Positions 1 to 13,778 of a stretch of DNA of 64,000 nucleotides are shown piece by piece; within the stretch, counting starts at the first letter, position 1, and the number at the start of each line of letters is the position of its first letter. The notes under the pieces are model-generated. The model did not search any database and was not told the DNA's origin. It worked only from the letters and a program-made list of their open reading frames with translations. This DNA comes from Vicugna vicugna (Eukaryota), in assembly GCA_013265495.1 (NCBI GenBank), contig MU058337.1, forward strand, positions 5,934,716-5,998,715, in the 5' to 3' direction. A program made the translations under genes and the position numbers.

Positions 1-344
1 TTTAGGTACTAATCTACAATCAGCTAGGTTGACTAGTTTCTGTTTAATTATCGCCTCATTAATTGATCAGTAACAGCTTGGATTTCAGCTATATGGATTA
101 AAAAAAAATCCTGCATTATTTTGCCCACAGTTTAATTATAGTTGTACTTTCTTCTGGATTGGTGTGATAAGGTCATTCTCTACAGATAATACTGTAAATT
201 ATATCAGCTTAGTGAATAACTCTAGGTAGATGAGCTTAACAAAAGGAGCAACTGAAGCTGCCTTTACTTCTCCCACCAAATCTACTAAATCAGGGTGGAA
301 TCCTGAGTTTTTCATGCAGCACTGTCGCCAACAATCAGAACACC

Positions 345-497
345 TGCATCTGAACCTCAGTGCCACAAGTTAACCAATTATTTATGTCTCTGTTTCTTCA
401 TATGCAAAATCTATGCTCACAGAGCGGTTCTGAGGGGGGAAAGCCAAGCACTGAGAACAGTACCTGGCACATAGTAAGTCCTCAATAACTGCTATTT
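345..497 (+). mobile_element. MIR SINE fragment
   Basis: ctgtttcttcatatgcaaaat...agtacctggcacatagtaagtcctcaataa. Confidence 0.65.
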
Positions 498-1829
498 GCT
501 GGTCAGTGGTTCAACTTACTGATACTAAGTACTCTTCCCACAATAATGACAATCTCAATCTGTTTTTCTTCTTTTGCCAAGAGAGCTACTTTGCTTATTC
601 CTCCACTTTTCTTGTTCTTCCATTAATATCTCCTCCATTATTTATCCTTTTAATTTCATCTGATTCCTATTAGCATTTATTTTGCTTTTCATATGTATTT
701 CGCTACCACAGACGTCTCCCAGTAAAATTCTACTACCTAAGCTGGTGGTTCACCACTGCAGAACCCATGCATGACCAAAGGGGGCTGTAGACTTACACAG
801 CAATGCCTCAGTCTTCCCTCCCCTAAATTCCCATACACTGCAATTGTGACATGCTATTTCCTAATCTCACCTATCTTACATAACAGCCATCTGCGACTGT
901 CTAACTTCCTAGTACTATCCTTAGAAACCCGCAGTTTGCCCTAGTAGCCCATTTCTCCTGGCCAAAAACAAACATACCTAATATTCTGTTTTCTATGTTC
1001 CTACCTACCAAAGATTATTCAGCTACTTCTGTCCTCTTTCCTCAGCCTCTGCGGCCTTAAGTGACATTATTCCTAATAAGTATACTAAGATACTCATTAC
1101 CTCTTCTTATACTGCAATACCAGTGACATACATTTGATAGTTTTATGCTCGTATCTTAAAATTGTAGCAGCAAAATTCACTCCCCACAAAATTATTGTAC
1201 ATTGTACGTCCTTAAAACTTCTCGAGCTACAAATCTAATAAAAGAATGTTTTAAAAGAATGAACAATAAAATAACTTCTTCCTTTTCCTTTTTTCTTTCC
1301 TATCATGGTTTACACCAGTTTTTTTGATAAAGCTCAGATATAGGAATTGACACCCAAGACCTACTCATCAAATCCATTCAGTGACTAAGCTAACAATCAC
1401 CCTTTTACTCTGGAAGTATCAGTTATATCTCAAGGAAGACCCAGATAAAAATCTAACTACCCTTTAAATTGATCATAATAAATAAAGCACTTGCAAAGAG
1501 TCAATAAGGCAGCTAATCAGCTCTGTAAACCACTGGCATAATCTTACTGGTATGTAAGGTTAACGGAGTTAACCAACATTTCTTCATTGGTCCTAACAGG
1601 AAATGGGGAAAAGGTGCAATCAGTTTCTACCATTCTAATGAATGGCCTCAAAAGTATTTCTTTCTATGATGTTCCCTTTCAGTGAAATAATTTCAAATAG
1701 ACATAATAATTATAGCAATAGTACATCTTGTTCAGACTCCTCAGCTGTTGATCCTTTTGTCAGTAAAGAGTAAGTGTTACGATGTTTCATCGCCCTTCAA
1801 TACTCCAGCATGCATTCCAAAGTACAAGA

Positions 1830-2580
1830 CAGCTCCCTGTACATAAGAATGGTACAATCAGCAAAATCAGGAAGTGAATACTGATCCAATGTTACTACTG
1901 AACCCACAAACCCTATTCAAATATTGCCATTTGCCCCAATAATGACCTTTATGGTATGTCTGAGATCTAATTTAGGTTCCTGAACTTAGTTGTCAAGTCT
2001 CTGTCTCTCCTGCCCCTACCCTCTTCTTTGGGCAGGTTTTTAAAATAACATTTATTTTGTCAAGTTTCTTTGGTCTGGAACTGGAACAGTTCCTTAAATT
2101 TGGTTTGTCTTTCATGACCTTGAAATTCTTGAAGAATACGGACCAGTTACTTTGTAGAGTGTCTCTCAGTTTGGGAAATATTTCCTCAAGTTAATGCATT
2201 TTTACCTGGACTACTACAGAAGTGATGTTGTGCTTTAATTTAGGATCATACCCGGAGGCACACAATGTCAATCTGTCCCATTACCAATGAGGTTATTTTA
2301 TCATTGTTTAAGAACATTTTTGCCAAGTTTGCCCACTATAACAATAAGCACTTAGTAAGTTCGTCCAAGTCTGTTTCTGTATCTATCTACAAAACATCCT
2401 GAGTTCGCATGGATCCCTCTGACTCCAGTCCTAGCCTCCCCAATTTTGTGTTTCTATCTCTCTCTTCTCTAACAGTGAAAATCCAGCCTTCCATCATCCA
2501 CCTAACTAGTCAGTTTGCTACTTTTGTCACTCTCAGTTTTTCCAACACACACACAGGTGTCTTCTTCCCTAAATGTATTT
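1830..2580 (-). mobile_element. Old L1 (L1MC4/5-like) 3' UTR fragment
   Basis: ctttcatgaccttgaaattcttgaagaatacggaccagttactttgtagagtgtctctcagtttggg resembles L1MC 3' ends. Confidence 0.55.
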
Positions 2581-5500
2581 CACAAGAATTTAAAGAGAAT
2601 ATATTAGAAAAAGAATATGATAGTGCTTTAACTTAAAAAAAGTTAACAGATTTGACACAAATGTGAAATTTAAAAAGAAACAGGTTTTTCTTTGGAGAAA
2701 AAAACACTATTAGAAGAGGACATAGGTTTGCATAGTTAGGACACCAAAAGATATTCTGCAACTCAACAAACCTAAAAAAAAAAAAAGGCATCAATTTATA
2801 GGATTATGCCTTAAAATACTCCAGGTAAATTTTTAAAAGGTGAGCAAGAATAGGTACACCAAGAACAGCGCGTGGTACGCAAACCGTTCTCTCAAGTTTG
2901 TATATACTTTTAATTTTCCATAATAAAAAGTTAGAATAGAACTTCAGGTCAGGCCAACTATTTGGACAGGCATATTTGGCACCAAAGAGTCTCAGTCCAC
3001 ACTGTCAATTAATTATCAAGCTAACGTGGCCATAGTGAGAGATGGTTTGCAGACTGAGTCATATCCTAAGTGGGGCTGACAAAAGCTGACTGATCCTAAA
3101 AGATACTCCATTCACTAAGTGTGACTTGTTCAGCCCTTTCTCCACCCACTGTCGCTGACATCACTTTTGTCTATCTACCCGAATTCTGTTAACGCCTACA
3201 AGGCTGAAGACAAACTCCCTTCCTTCAGGAGCCCATCTAAATAGAAAACTTCCCAAAGCCCTTTCATCAGTCTGCTACAGTTCTGTTCACTTCCACTAAC
3301 TAGTTAATAATGTGGCTTTATTGTGTCTTACAAGTTTTCTCCGCTCAGAATCTTTCTTGGCTTTTGGTTGTTTAATAAATAAATGGTTAACTTCTCAACA
3401 CGGTCCTCAGGGTCTTGTGAACTGATAGTCTCAATCCAGCAGCCTATCGATCTGACTTCTTCCTTCTTTCTCTTACTTTCAACAAATGTGCACAGGCCTT
3501 ACTCCCTGATTTTTATTCCTACTATTTCCTAAACTCAGAATGGTCAACTCAGCCTAACAGACGTCTACCATCCATTCTTCATTACCTACTACATAGCTAT
3601 TTATTTTGTCAGTTGGCTCTCGATTTTCTGCCTCACCCCCAACCCCAAACCCACCTTCATCATCTCTAGTCCTTTGCTAAATTAGACAATGTATTTCCTT
3701 TCTTTGAATTTCTATAACATTTTGTATCTCTATGAACTTATCAAAAATGTCTTATATTACAATCATTAGTGAATTGATCTCAGCACCTCCCAACTAACCT
3801 CATGAGGGCTAGTTAGTACCTTGTTTCTTTGTGTTCCTCATGAAGAGCTTAGCAAAGTGCTTTGATGTTGAAGATTGGTATGTCCTAGATAAATACTTAC
3901 TGTATTAAAAGTAAAAATGGTCTAATTCAGTGAGATAGAAAATGTTTTATTTTCATGATTACAGAATTATTGAGAAGCTCCTAAAAATATGTTTTTAACT
4001 TAAATATCATAATATAAAGCAGATAAAAGCATAATGACTTGCTTTCATACTCTTAATACATGTCATACAAATAAGTGGCTTTTATCTTAGATTACTGACC
4101 ACTGAAAACATAGTTCTAATTCAAAATACCCAAGACAGGTTTTGGTAAAAAGTAACTTTTAAGCAAAAGTATGTTTAGTCATAATGTTACGTAAAGTGTT
4201 GATAACACTTGTATTTAAAGTTCCATATGTGCTTATAAGAGCAGATTAAAGTTATCCAACTACATAAAGGGCTCCATCAGCCCCCGTATGATACAGTATC
4301 TACAGAGGATCCAATATTTCAGAGATGAATACCCCAAACCTCACTCACGTGGATACACCCAAGCACATTTAACTTAGCTCATTTAGAGACAGAAAGAATT
4401 TCAAATGAATTTAAAATGCTACTTAAAATTCTACCCTCTCTCTAGGGTTTCACTTTCACGTCTACACAAATAAAATTATCCATTCGAATTGGTAGATAAA
4501 TCCTTTTAATTCTGATGACTGCAAACAAAGTAAGACCATTCTATTACTACGCTCCCAAACGGAAAGGATTGAATATGCCTGGCATTTTTCCAGGAGCCTT
4601 GAAAAAGGGCAGGGCCAGTATAAAACATCAGTTTTGGTAGCAATTATTAAACTTAATATACCTATCAGGCCAAAGCGAAAGCTAACAAGGAAAGGGAGGA
4701 GTGGAGAATGATCAAGAAAATGACAGAAAATTAATGTGCAAACAACATTCATTCCTGAAGACCTCCAGAGATACAAATTAAAAAAAAATACTGGAATTGT
4801 TTTTATATTTTAATTACTTAGAAAGTTATTAAAAATCTAAAATATTTCAAGCAATGCTACTCTAAAATAAAAATCAACCCAAATCTATTCCCTGGACAGC
4901 CCAAAAGCATGGAAAAAGCAGCAATGGTTTGAAATTTTATTTTGGCTTCACTTTTTACCAGTCAAGAATCAACATCTTAAACCCCTTTCAAAAAGTTTAC
5001 TTTTACTTGATTGTAATAAATCTCAAGGGGACTTTGATCAAAAGCAGAGTACAAAATTTACATAAACTACTCATCTATGTAATAAACAGCAGACAGAGAG
5101 GAGGGTTACAGTAACTGTTTTCAGTCCTTAACTTTCAAGCTGAAGTCCCTGGCAAGCTTCTCTCCCTAGACACTCTTTGCAAAACGGGCCTTTGATTGAA
5201 TGAAACAAGACTCAACTCTATTTTTTAACACAGGTAATTCTCAATCATTTGGAGGTCGGGAGGGGATCAAAAACAAAACAGATATACCTACAGGAGCAAA
5301 CGTAAGATAAACAATACAGCCATGCCCTCTCCTAACTCACTTAAAGAAAAACGCTTTCTTTATGGAAAGTATTTCTACTGAAGGAAACACATCATTATCT
5401 CCAGCACTAAAACGCTAAGATCAATCATTACACAACCCTACAATTGTTAACACCTCTGTGAGGGGTGGTCCCCGTAGACAGAACAGGCACAAAGACCCAA

Positions 5501-8500
5501 CCCAGTGATTAAAAATTCCACCCAAGAGTCATTCCCTTTGATAATTGTCTCTGGAAAACTCCTGTTACAATCCACTCTGCCTAGAAATCAACTCATTCGT
5601 GCATGAGCGCACAGATTAGTTTATTACGTTATATAGCTCTCACTTCAGATGAGTCATTTTTGATAAAAGGAACCAGGAAAAAATTTTAAAGCAGGTCCTG
5701 GGAAAAAACTGGCCAAGAACATAAGACCTTATAATAGTAGGGGGTAAGGTCACTGAGCAGACTAAACAAACAAACAAACAACTACCCTCCTGTAATGGAA
5801 AATTTCAAACACATGCAGAAACAGTCAGACTAGCTTCATAAACCTCTACATTTCCATCATCTAAGTTCAAGACTTACTCACTCAAAGCCACTCTTGTTTC
5901 ATCTAGATCCCCCCTAATTTGTCCACCTGCTCCAAGACCATTAAGAAGCAAGTTCCAGACTTCTTGTTTCATCCATAAATTTAATGAATACTTTTTATAA
6001 AGTTTAGCCTAAAGAACTGACACTCGTCAAGCCTTTGGCAACAAATAAATCAAAAAATTAATTTAATATTCAGTCATAATAATTATCTCCCTTTTTATTC
6101 CACACATATACTTTGGTTTCTTTGAGCCCTGAAGGGGACTGAGGGGGAGGTGGGAAGTGCGCAATGGAACAGACAGCTGTAAAAGGTTACCTGAAAAACA
6201 ATCAGTAATCACATACATACACTGTGTACCACGTTTTCTGTAATTTCTATTCATTGAAGGATGAGGTCAGAATGAAGTGTTCCTGTTAGTCTGGGTCACA
6301 AAAGTAATTCAAGATGCATATAAAAATGCTTATTATCATTCAAGTTCTTTAAACCCATTCAACCATTCAGCCCTTTGCTTTCTGATAAGACTGCCAACAA
6401 CTATGCCAATTAGTGTCAATTGCGATGTTAGATTTTGTAACATCTGCACCTGCCTACCAGTCAGTTTAGCGAGCAGAAAGAAGTGACTGATGGTTACAAG
6501 TTTCAGCAACATTAAACCCTAACTGTTTTTGTATTAATATTTGCAAGTCTACAATTTCACCAATTGGCTTTTTAAAAAAACATATTTTGCATACTTTTTT
6601 CTATAAAGGATTTCTTCTTTTTTTAGGGACAGGGCAGTTTATCCACCATATTGTGAACTATAACAGTAATAATAATTTTTAAAAGCCTTAAGTTTTATAA
6701 GTAGGGAAAATCTAACATAAGAAATTTAGTGAATTATATATTTACATCAAAGTTTCTAAATTTTTGCATTTCATTTAAACACAGGATTAATTTTTTAAAA
6801 ACCACCTATCCGCATTCTGAATGCGATGTTCCTCATTTTAGAACAAGGTTTTCGGTTAAAATTTCTATGTTAGAATTTGCAAGCCAAAAATTAAAGCACA
6901 TATAAAAGAGCAAAGTATACTTAACATGGAAGAAATCATGAGCATCTGGAATTTGAGATTAATGATACACCTTCATATTAATTAACGTGTATATTTCATC
7001 TTTACTTTTTAAATTTTAAATAACTGTCCCTAATTTAAAAACATGTGATGCTTTTGAAATATTCAGAACAAAACACAACTGTTAATTTGTCCTCAGATCA
7101 AAATGATTCACTTTGGTTTATTGTAATGAATAACAACGTAACATTTTTTAAAATTTCACAATTGAAGCAAATTCCATCTAGCTGATGAAAACCACTGGAA
7201 GTAATACAGTGGTTAAAGGCAAAGTGAATTACTAAAGAGAAATAAAAATTGCATGTCAATATCTAAAAGTATAGGAGATGTATATAATGTAGGACTTTCT
7301 ATCTAGTGTCATTACTTAAATTGCTACTTTTCCTCAACAATCTATTCTCCAGCTCTAGCAAGTAGAATAAATGGTAATTTTACCTGCCAAATTTAGCACA
7401 AAAAAGGACAAGCAACTTCATTAACAGAACAATGCTTTCAATATGATTTTTTTTCCTTTTTCTACCCAGTACCAAGTCGTGGAACAATTCAAATCAAGAA
7501 ATCTAAGCAAAATTACGTCCTCTTGTTGAAGTTTTACATGCTTGAATAAGCAAACGATACATACGGACGCTAGCAAGAATGCCCTCCTCGTGAGTGCTTG
7601 TGCTGCAGCCTAACTCCAAGCTGGTAAACTAAACTCAACAAAAAAGAAGCATCACTCCACTGAGGTTGAGTTCTCAATGTGTGAGGTGGTGTGGATATAG
7701 GATAATTTAAAATCTGATGGAACAGATTAACTCTAAAAGACTTGATTTAGATTAAAGTTTTGGTTACAACGTCCATTAGTGGACCTAAACCAGTAAAACT
7801 AATGGGAAACAACACCCACCACCAGCAGCGCTGCCAATCACCACTGCTCTCACACCTCACTGGTGCTTTAAGAAGCTGACTATAATCAAAATCATAAATT
7901 CTTCTAAACTTTGTTTCAAATCTGATCATAAAACCAATAAGCAACAACAATTCTTCTGTTAATCAAGTTGGACCTGTATGATTAAAGAGATACATTTAGT
8001 TCTCAAGTAGCCATCTCTAGATTTTAAAAGCTAAACATAAGCATTTTCTGTCCAATTGGGTGAAGTTAGGAGCTACTCACAAGTCTGTCTATGGTTATTT
8101 ACAACAGAGGGTTGTACTATGTTTAATCTCCATCTGGTTTCCTTACTCTTGTTCCAGATGATAACCATACATTGCACATCTAAACACAGTCAGCAGGTTT
8201 TATAAAAAGCCTAATAAAAAATGGGGCAATAGCAAAATAAACCCATCATCATGCTGGCAATGACAAATAGGGCTAAGAGCAAATATACTCCCGCAAAGTG
8301 TGTCCCAAGTCATTTGCACTAAATCTTAAATATCAAGCAATATCTACCTTTATGATATTTAATCAATGAGTTAGAAACAAGTGTCATGATTTATTTTATA
8401 CTTCTCTCCTTAGAAATAAAGTGCCTTTAAAAAAGAAAACAACACCAAAACAGACTAGAAGCCCCAGTAATGATAATATCCAGATTATGAATGCCCTTTG

Positions 8501-9439
8501 GTTTTCTTCACAACGTCTAATTTTTTGTCACCTGTTCAGAGAAATGAGTCTAAATCAAAGAAAGGGAACATACACTGAGAGCCTAACATCAATCAAGTAT
8601 TTTAAACATTAAACTCACTGACTCCTCAGAGTAATCCTACAATGGAGACATTCTTAACCACATTTTACAGATGCCAATCTGAGGTTCAGAGAAGTTAAAA
8701 TAACTGCTCAAGGTTCCATAGCTAGTGAAGGAGTATACCCAAACCAAGGTTGATCTGATTACCTCAACCGAGCCAATTAACATACTTGTTGGTAAGCTCA
8801 TTTAAAAGGAAAATACAATAACAGAGGTCAGTACGTTATTGCAAAGCATGGTCACTATAATAATTGCTGTGGTAACTTCATGATGCCTGGAGTTTTTAAC
8901 TATCAGTAGAGTGTCCATGGATAAAAGAAAGGCTTTGAAAGAAGGCACAGGTCCCCCCCCCCCCAAAGAGCCTGATCTCATCAGCCCTGTTCCTTAACAG
9001 TGTAGGCGCACCCCATAGTGGGGGAAGGAGGAACTGCAGGCCCCTTGGGCTTTCAAACCACAGCAGGGTCCTGAGGGCAGGAAGAGGGAGGGGAAGGTGA
9101 CAGCAGTGACTGGCTGCCAGCCTCCCTTGACAAAATTACCCAAAGTGAATGGCGGAGAAGTGACTATCACCTCTATAACTACTCTCCAGGTGTTCTACTG
9201 TGGCCTCAAAAAGGACCTCATAAAATAGATGACTAATATAATTCTAACCAAGGAATATCAGAATCTTAGAATATTATCCAATACCAAGTCGCACCAAGGT
9301 ATGTGTGCACATTTTTAGTCTTATTTTTTAAACTTTCTACAAATTTTTCACTGAATGGAAAAGATCTGCTTGCAAATTAAAAGCTACTTTAGATTCTTTT
9401 AAAAAGCAAAATGTCTATATTTAAGAGGGAAGGGAGATA

Positions 9440-9645
9440 GTTTCTTGAGTACTTCCTACGTGCTAGCCACTGTACTAGATCTTACTTGATTTTTACAAAA
9501 CCCTGGAGAACACCATCCCTATTATATAGATGAGGGAAATGAAGGCTCAGAAAAGATAACTGCTATTGGTTTGACAGTCAACAGTTTCAGGGCTGGTATT
9601 TAAACTCAAGTCCATTTGATTCAAGGCCTTTATGTTTTCCTCTGT
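9440..9645 (-). mobile_element. MIR SINE fragment
   Basis: atccctattatatagatgagggaaatgaaggctcagaaaag (antisense MIR core). Confidence 0.65.
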
Positions 9646-12600
9646 ACCAGCATTTATATAAAAATACTGCTACTGCAGTGGCTCAGAGAGTTTAGGTAAA
9701 TTTTCCAAAGGTTAAAGGCTCCTGTCTTCAAAACCTACTGCTTTAAGTACAATGTTTGTCCACCACCCCCTTACCCAGCCCCAAACTAAACCTTGTTAGT
9801 AAATGCTGACAGTTAAATTTTTATAACCAAAGATAATGGAGGAAGAATATGATTGTCTATGTTCCTATATACAACATGATTGATGTTTCTTTTGTATAAG
9901 ACAGCATAGTTTGCAGAAAAGAAAATGTGATAACTGTAATGTTACTTATTACCTTCAAATACTAGAAATAGGGCTCCCTAAAAAGTTGTCTTGCAGATTG
10001 ATTTAAAAGATAATTCACAAATGTTCTGTCCTTTATAGTTGAGATTTTATACTTCCACCAACATTTTTAGAGCATTTGCAATAAACAAAAATGCTGTGAA
10101 ACCACGTTAACACTGTACTAAAGACAGAACTATTAAAAGAACTCAAAAACATATTGCATTCATAAAACTGTTTAAAATTATATATACATAAATGTAACAA
10201 AATATTCCTGAGCCACATGTCCAAAATTCTCCCAACACCAGGATTTCCAAAATAGTCACTAGTCACAAAACACATATAATCAAGAACACAGATCAATTCC
10301 CAACAATACACTCGCCCTTTCAATGCAATCTCTTTGACTTATGGTGAGTAAAGCTCAAAATGCTTTTAAAAAACCTGTTTTTAAGCCTTTGTCTATCTTT
10401 TCTCATCTCTTCAAAGGTGGTACATCCCTGACCTTTGAGTTTTAGAAACTGGCAGTTACACAGAACTAAGTCTGGTGAATAAGATGGGAATGATCAGTTA
10501 TGGCTTTCACAGGACAGAAATGTAAGCCTGAGATTCTGCAGATTCTTGGATGGAATACTGAAACAAGACACCAAAGGAATCTGTGGGGTACGTTACTATG
10601 TACTTCTCAGTGCTATCTGTGGCTTTGGGACGATTTTAAGCTTGAAGAGTCTAAATTAACTTGGTCTTTTTCATAAAAGGAAAGAGCAATGAGAACTTAA
10701 AGGGCATATTTTAGGATTTTTATACAAATCAGGATGTTGGAGCAAGAGAGGCTTTTCGAGATGTAAACCTGTGCCCATGAGCGAACAGCCCCCAGACCCC
10801 CTGAAGCATTTCATCCTAAATACAATGAATGACCAGGATTCTGGGAGGGATCACAACCCCCTGAAATGTAATTAGAATTGTGGGCATGGAAGATAAAAGC
10901 TGCCTTGACGATGAAGCATGCCAGGCCTGAGACACACTGACTGGAAATGAGAAGAAAGAGCATTATTTTCAGGGTAAATTCAAGTAGCTCTTCTAATGAA
11001 ATGTGAAAGTGTAGGGATAATTTCTTTTTTAATATTAGTAGTAGGATACAGTTTCTTAAATACACAATCTCGCTACAGAGACTATGTCTTCATTCTTTCA
11101 ACATATTTATTGAAAGCATACCATGAGCCCTGCACTGTAGGCAGAGTAAATCAAAACACAATTGTTATGAGACTTATGGCAACTCTAGCGAGTTGATTAG
11201 CTCTGCTTTTGTGGTTAATATTACAAGCTTCTGAGTCAAACAACCACCCTATTAACATACTTAGTACTGGTTTTCATCTTATACACTGGCATTCAAATTT
11301 TTGTTCAGAGAATTTATTTCACAAGTTTGTGCCATATTTTCAGTTCACGCCTCTCCTAAGCAAAATATGCAAACACACAGCTGCTCTAATAGTTTGACAG
11401 AGTGAAATCTATTCCACAGATCTCTGACTTCCACCAATAACCAGCACGGATACAAAAGGAACTCCGTGAAGAAAGCTATGTTTTCTTAATAATAACAGTT
11501 GTATAAACATAAGGTCTTCTCAGTTAAAGGGAAACCAACATCAAAAAGCAGTAAAACATAGAACCCTAAACCCCTCTTTCTTTGAAGAAACCCGTTTGAA
11601 GCGAGGTGTTTCTAGTTATGGGTGAATGAAATGAGAATTCAGCTGCAACAAACGGACATCCAGTCCTATGAAGAACTAATTAAATCCATCTGAGAAGCTG
11701 CATCTAAAACTGCCTCACACATTTCAAAGGAAAGCACCAGTCTGCCTTCTGTGAAGACATCAAAACCTTCAGTCACAAATGACGCACATCGAGGCTCTAC
11801 AACAATGTTGTTTTTATGGACTACAAAGCTCCATAAAAGTAATGTTAAGAGTTTACACTATTTCATTACTGAAAAATCAGAGTTACGGCAGAACATGTTT
11901 ACTTATCACTATCTGAAATTTCTTTCCGGCTTCCAACTCTAGTTTTGTGGATCTTCTCCAAGACTTCAAAAATAAAATAGGAGATTCATCAGTATTCAAA
12001 GTGTTTCATATACTTGTTGAGTGGAAGTGGTTAAAAAATTAATAAAATGAGTCATGGTTTCACAGTTACCTTTTTCTTTCTGATACATAAAACCAGGATT
12101 TTGATGCTCCATTAAAATTCTTGAGTAGTTAATAAAAGCCAGCAGAAGGAACTCAAAACTTTAAAAACTCGTTGGCTTGACAAAACAGCTTGTTTAACAG
12201 CCATTATTTGGGCTATGAAATGGTAGGGAAAATTATATTCAGAACTTGGAATATTATCCCAACAGAATAAAAGCAGACTTAGTGTCTGTCTGTCTTACCA
12301 AGCCTTGCAGTTGGTTATGGTGAGCTCATACAAGCATATCAAGCACTTTTTTTAAATTAAGGAACACTATTAGATGTGACAATAGGCAACAAGCTCCCAA
12401 AGTAGGAGAAATTCAATACTTCAATTTTTTCAATATATTATAGAGATAAAAAACTAACACCATCTGCATAGTTGCCGAACTTAAGAGTTTCTTCCCACTG
12501 CAGAGAGCTCAATGTAAAGAGAAGGACCAGCCACCAGGAGACCCAGGACTTCTGGCTTTGCTCTCTAATCCCCAAGCAACCTTGGGTGAGGCACTCAGTC

Positions 12601-12735
12601 TTCTAGGCCTAGTGTGTTCTCCACTGTTCGATAAGGAGTTCGCCCAGGGGAGCCAAATTCTGGTAACTTGTAAAATTCTGTAGATTTTTTTTTTCTTCAA
12701 AAATGAACTCATGAAAATATTAAATAGATTCTGTT

Positions 12736-12936
12736 TGGAATCCTATCTACAGTTATTCACATAACAGAAACATACTGACTCCCCACCTCTCTGCTATTTT
12801 CTTTGCCCCAAGAGAATTCTGGGTATGCCATAACAGTTTAATAAGTTAACTCCAACTCAAAGATGTCAGGTCAGAGGAAATTTCATAGCAGAGAATAAAT
12901 TCCTGGACACAATACATGCTGCTACATTCCTGACAG
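12736..12936 (+). repeat. Left arm of 201-bp inverted duplication
   Basis: Reverse complement of 16971-17171 at 199/201 positions, no indels. Confidence 0.97.
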
Positions 12937-13778
12937 AGAAAAAAAAATTGTTTAAAAAGAAATAAATCTTTTTCCTCTAAATACTGGTACTATTATCTAT
13001 TCTAAAGTATTACCTGGAATTGCATACTTGAGAATTGTATAAACATTCTGTAATAGGAATCACCCTCAAATAGGGCTGGATCCTGGATTTTTAAATGTCA
13101 GTTACAGAAAAAGTATACATACATTTAATTCATATGGCTACTAATTATAGTGTGAGAAATATTAAGCAAGCATAAAAATTATAGTAGTTTAAGGAAAAAT
13201 CAAACTTAAAATGTCTTACTAAATTCAAAACTATAAAGCATGACACCATGTACTAACATGTGGATTGCAAAGCTTTAAAATGAACTCATTATTAATTATT
13301 AATCATTCATAACAAAATTAATGAAATAACAAATGCATAAACAAGAAGAGCTATAAGAGTTATTAGAAGCCTGGGAATATCACTCAATAGGCTACAGAAT
13401 TTAACGAGGCAGGTAATGTATCTGAATGGTCAGTGGTCCTCCTGCTGCAATGATATGCCATTCCATTTTTCTCACGTGAAGCCATTACACCCGTAGTTTA
13501 CACTGCTATTAATCTCCAGGTATCATTCAAGATGTTGATTTTCATCTATGACTAAGTATAATATTAATCTGTTTGCTTTAATGGTTATCTTGTTCTAATA
13601 GCACAACTGAAACTAATCATATTGGCTATTCTCCCTGAATTTACACTCTAAGAGACTGAAACCATGTTCTTCTTGGTGAAGAGGAAATGTTTTTTCAGTT
13701 TCTTTTGTTGTTGCTGCTTAAAAATAAAATCCACTTCGTATTAGCATTTCACTTTGTCTTTTCTTAAGACTGAGGAAG

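Noticed and set aside
6180..6215. Recursive-splice-like motif tgtttttcag|gtaacc on the minus strand
   Set aside because: Short pyrimidine tract and weak donor; several similar AG|GT motifs occur by chance in these introns.
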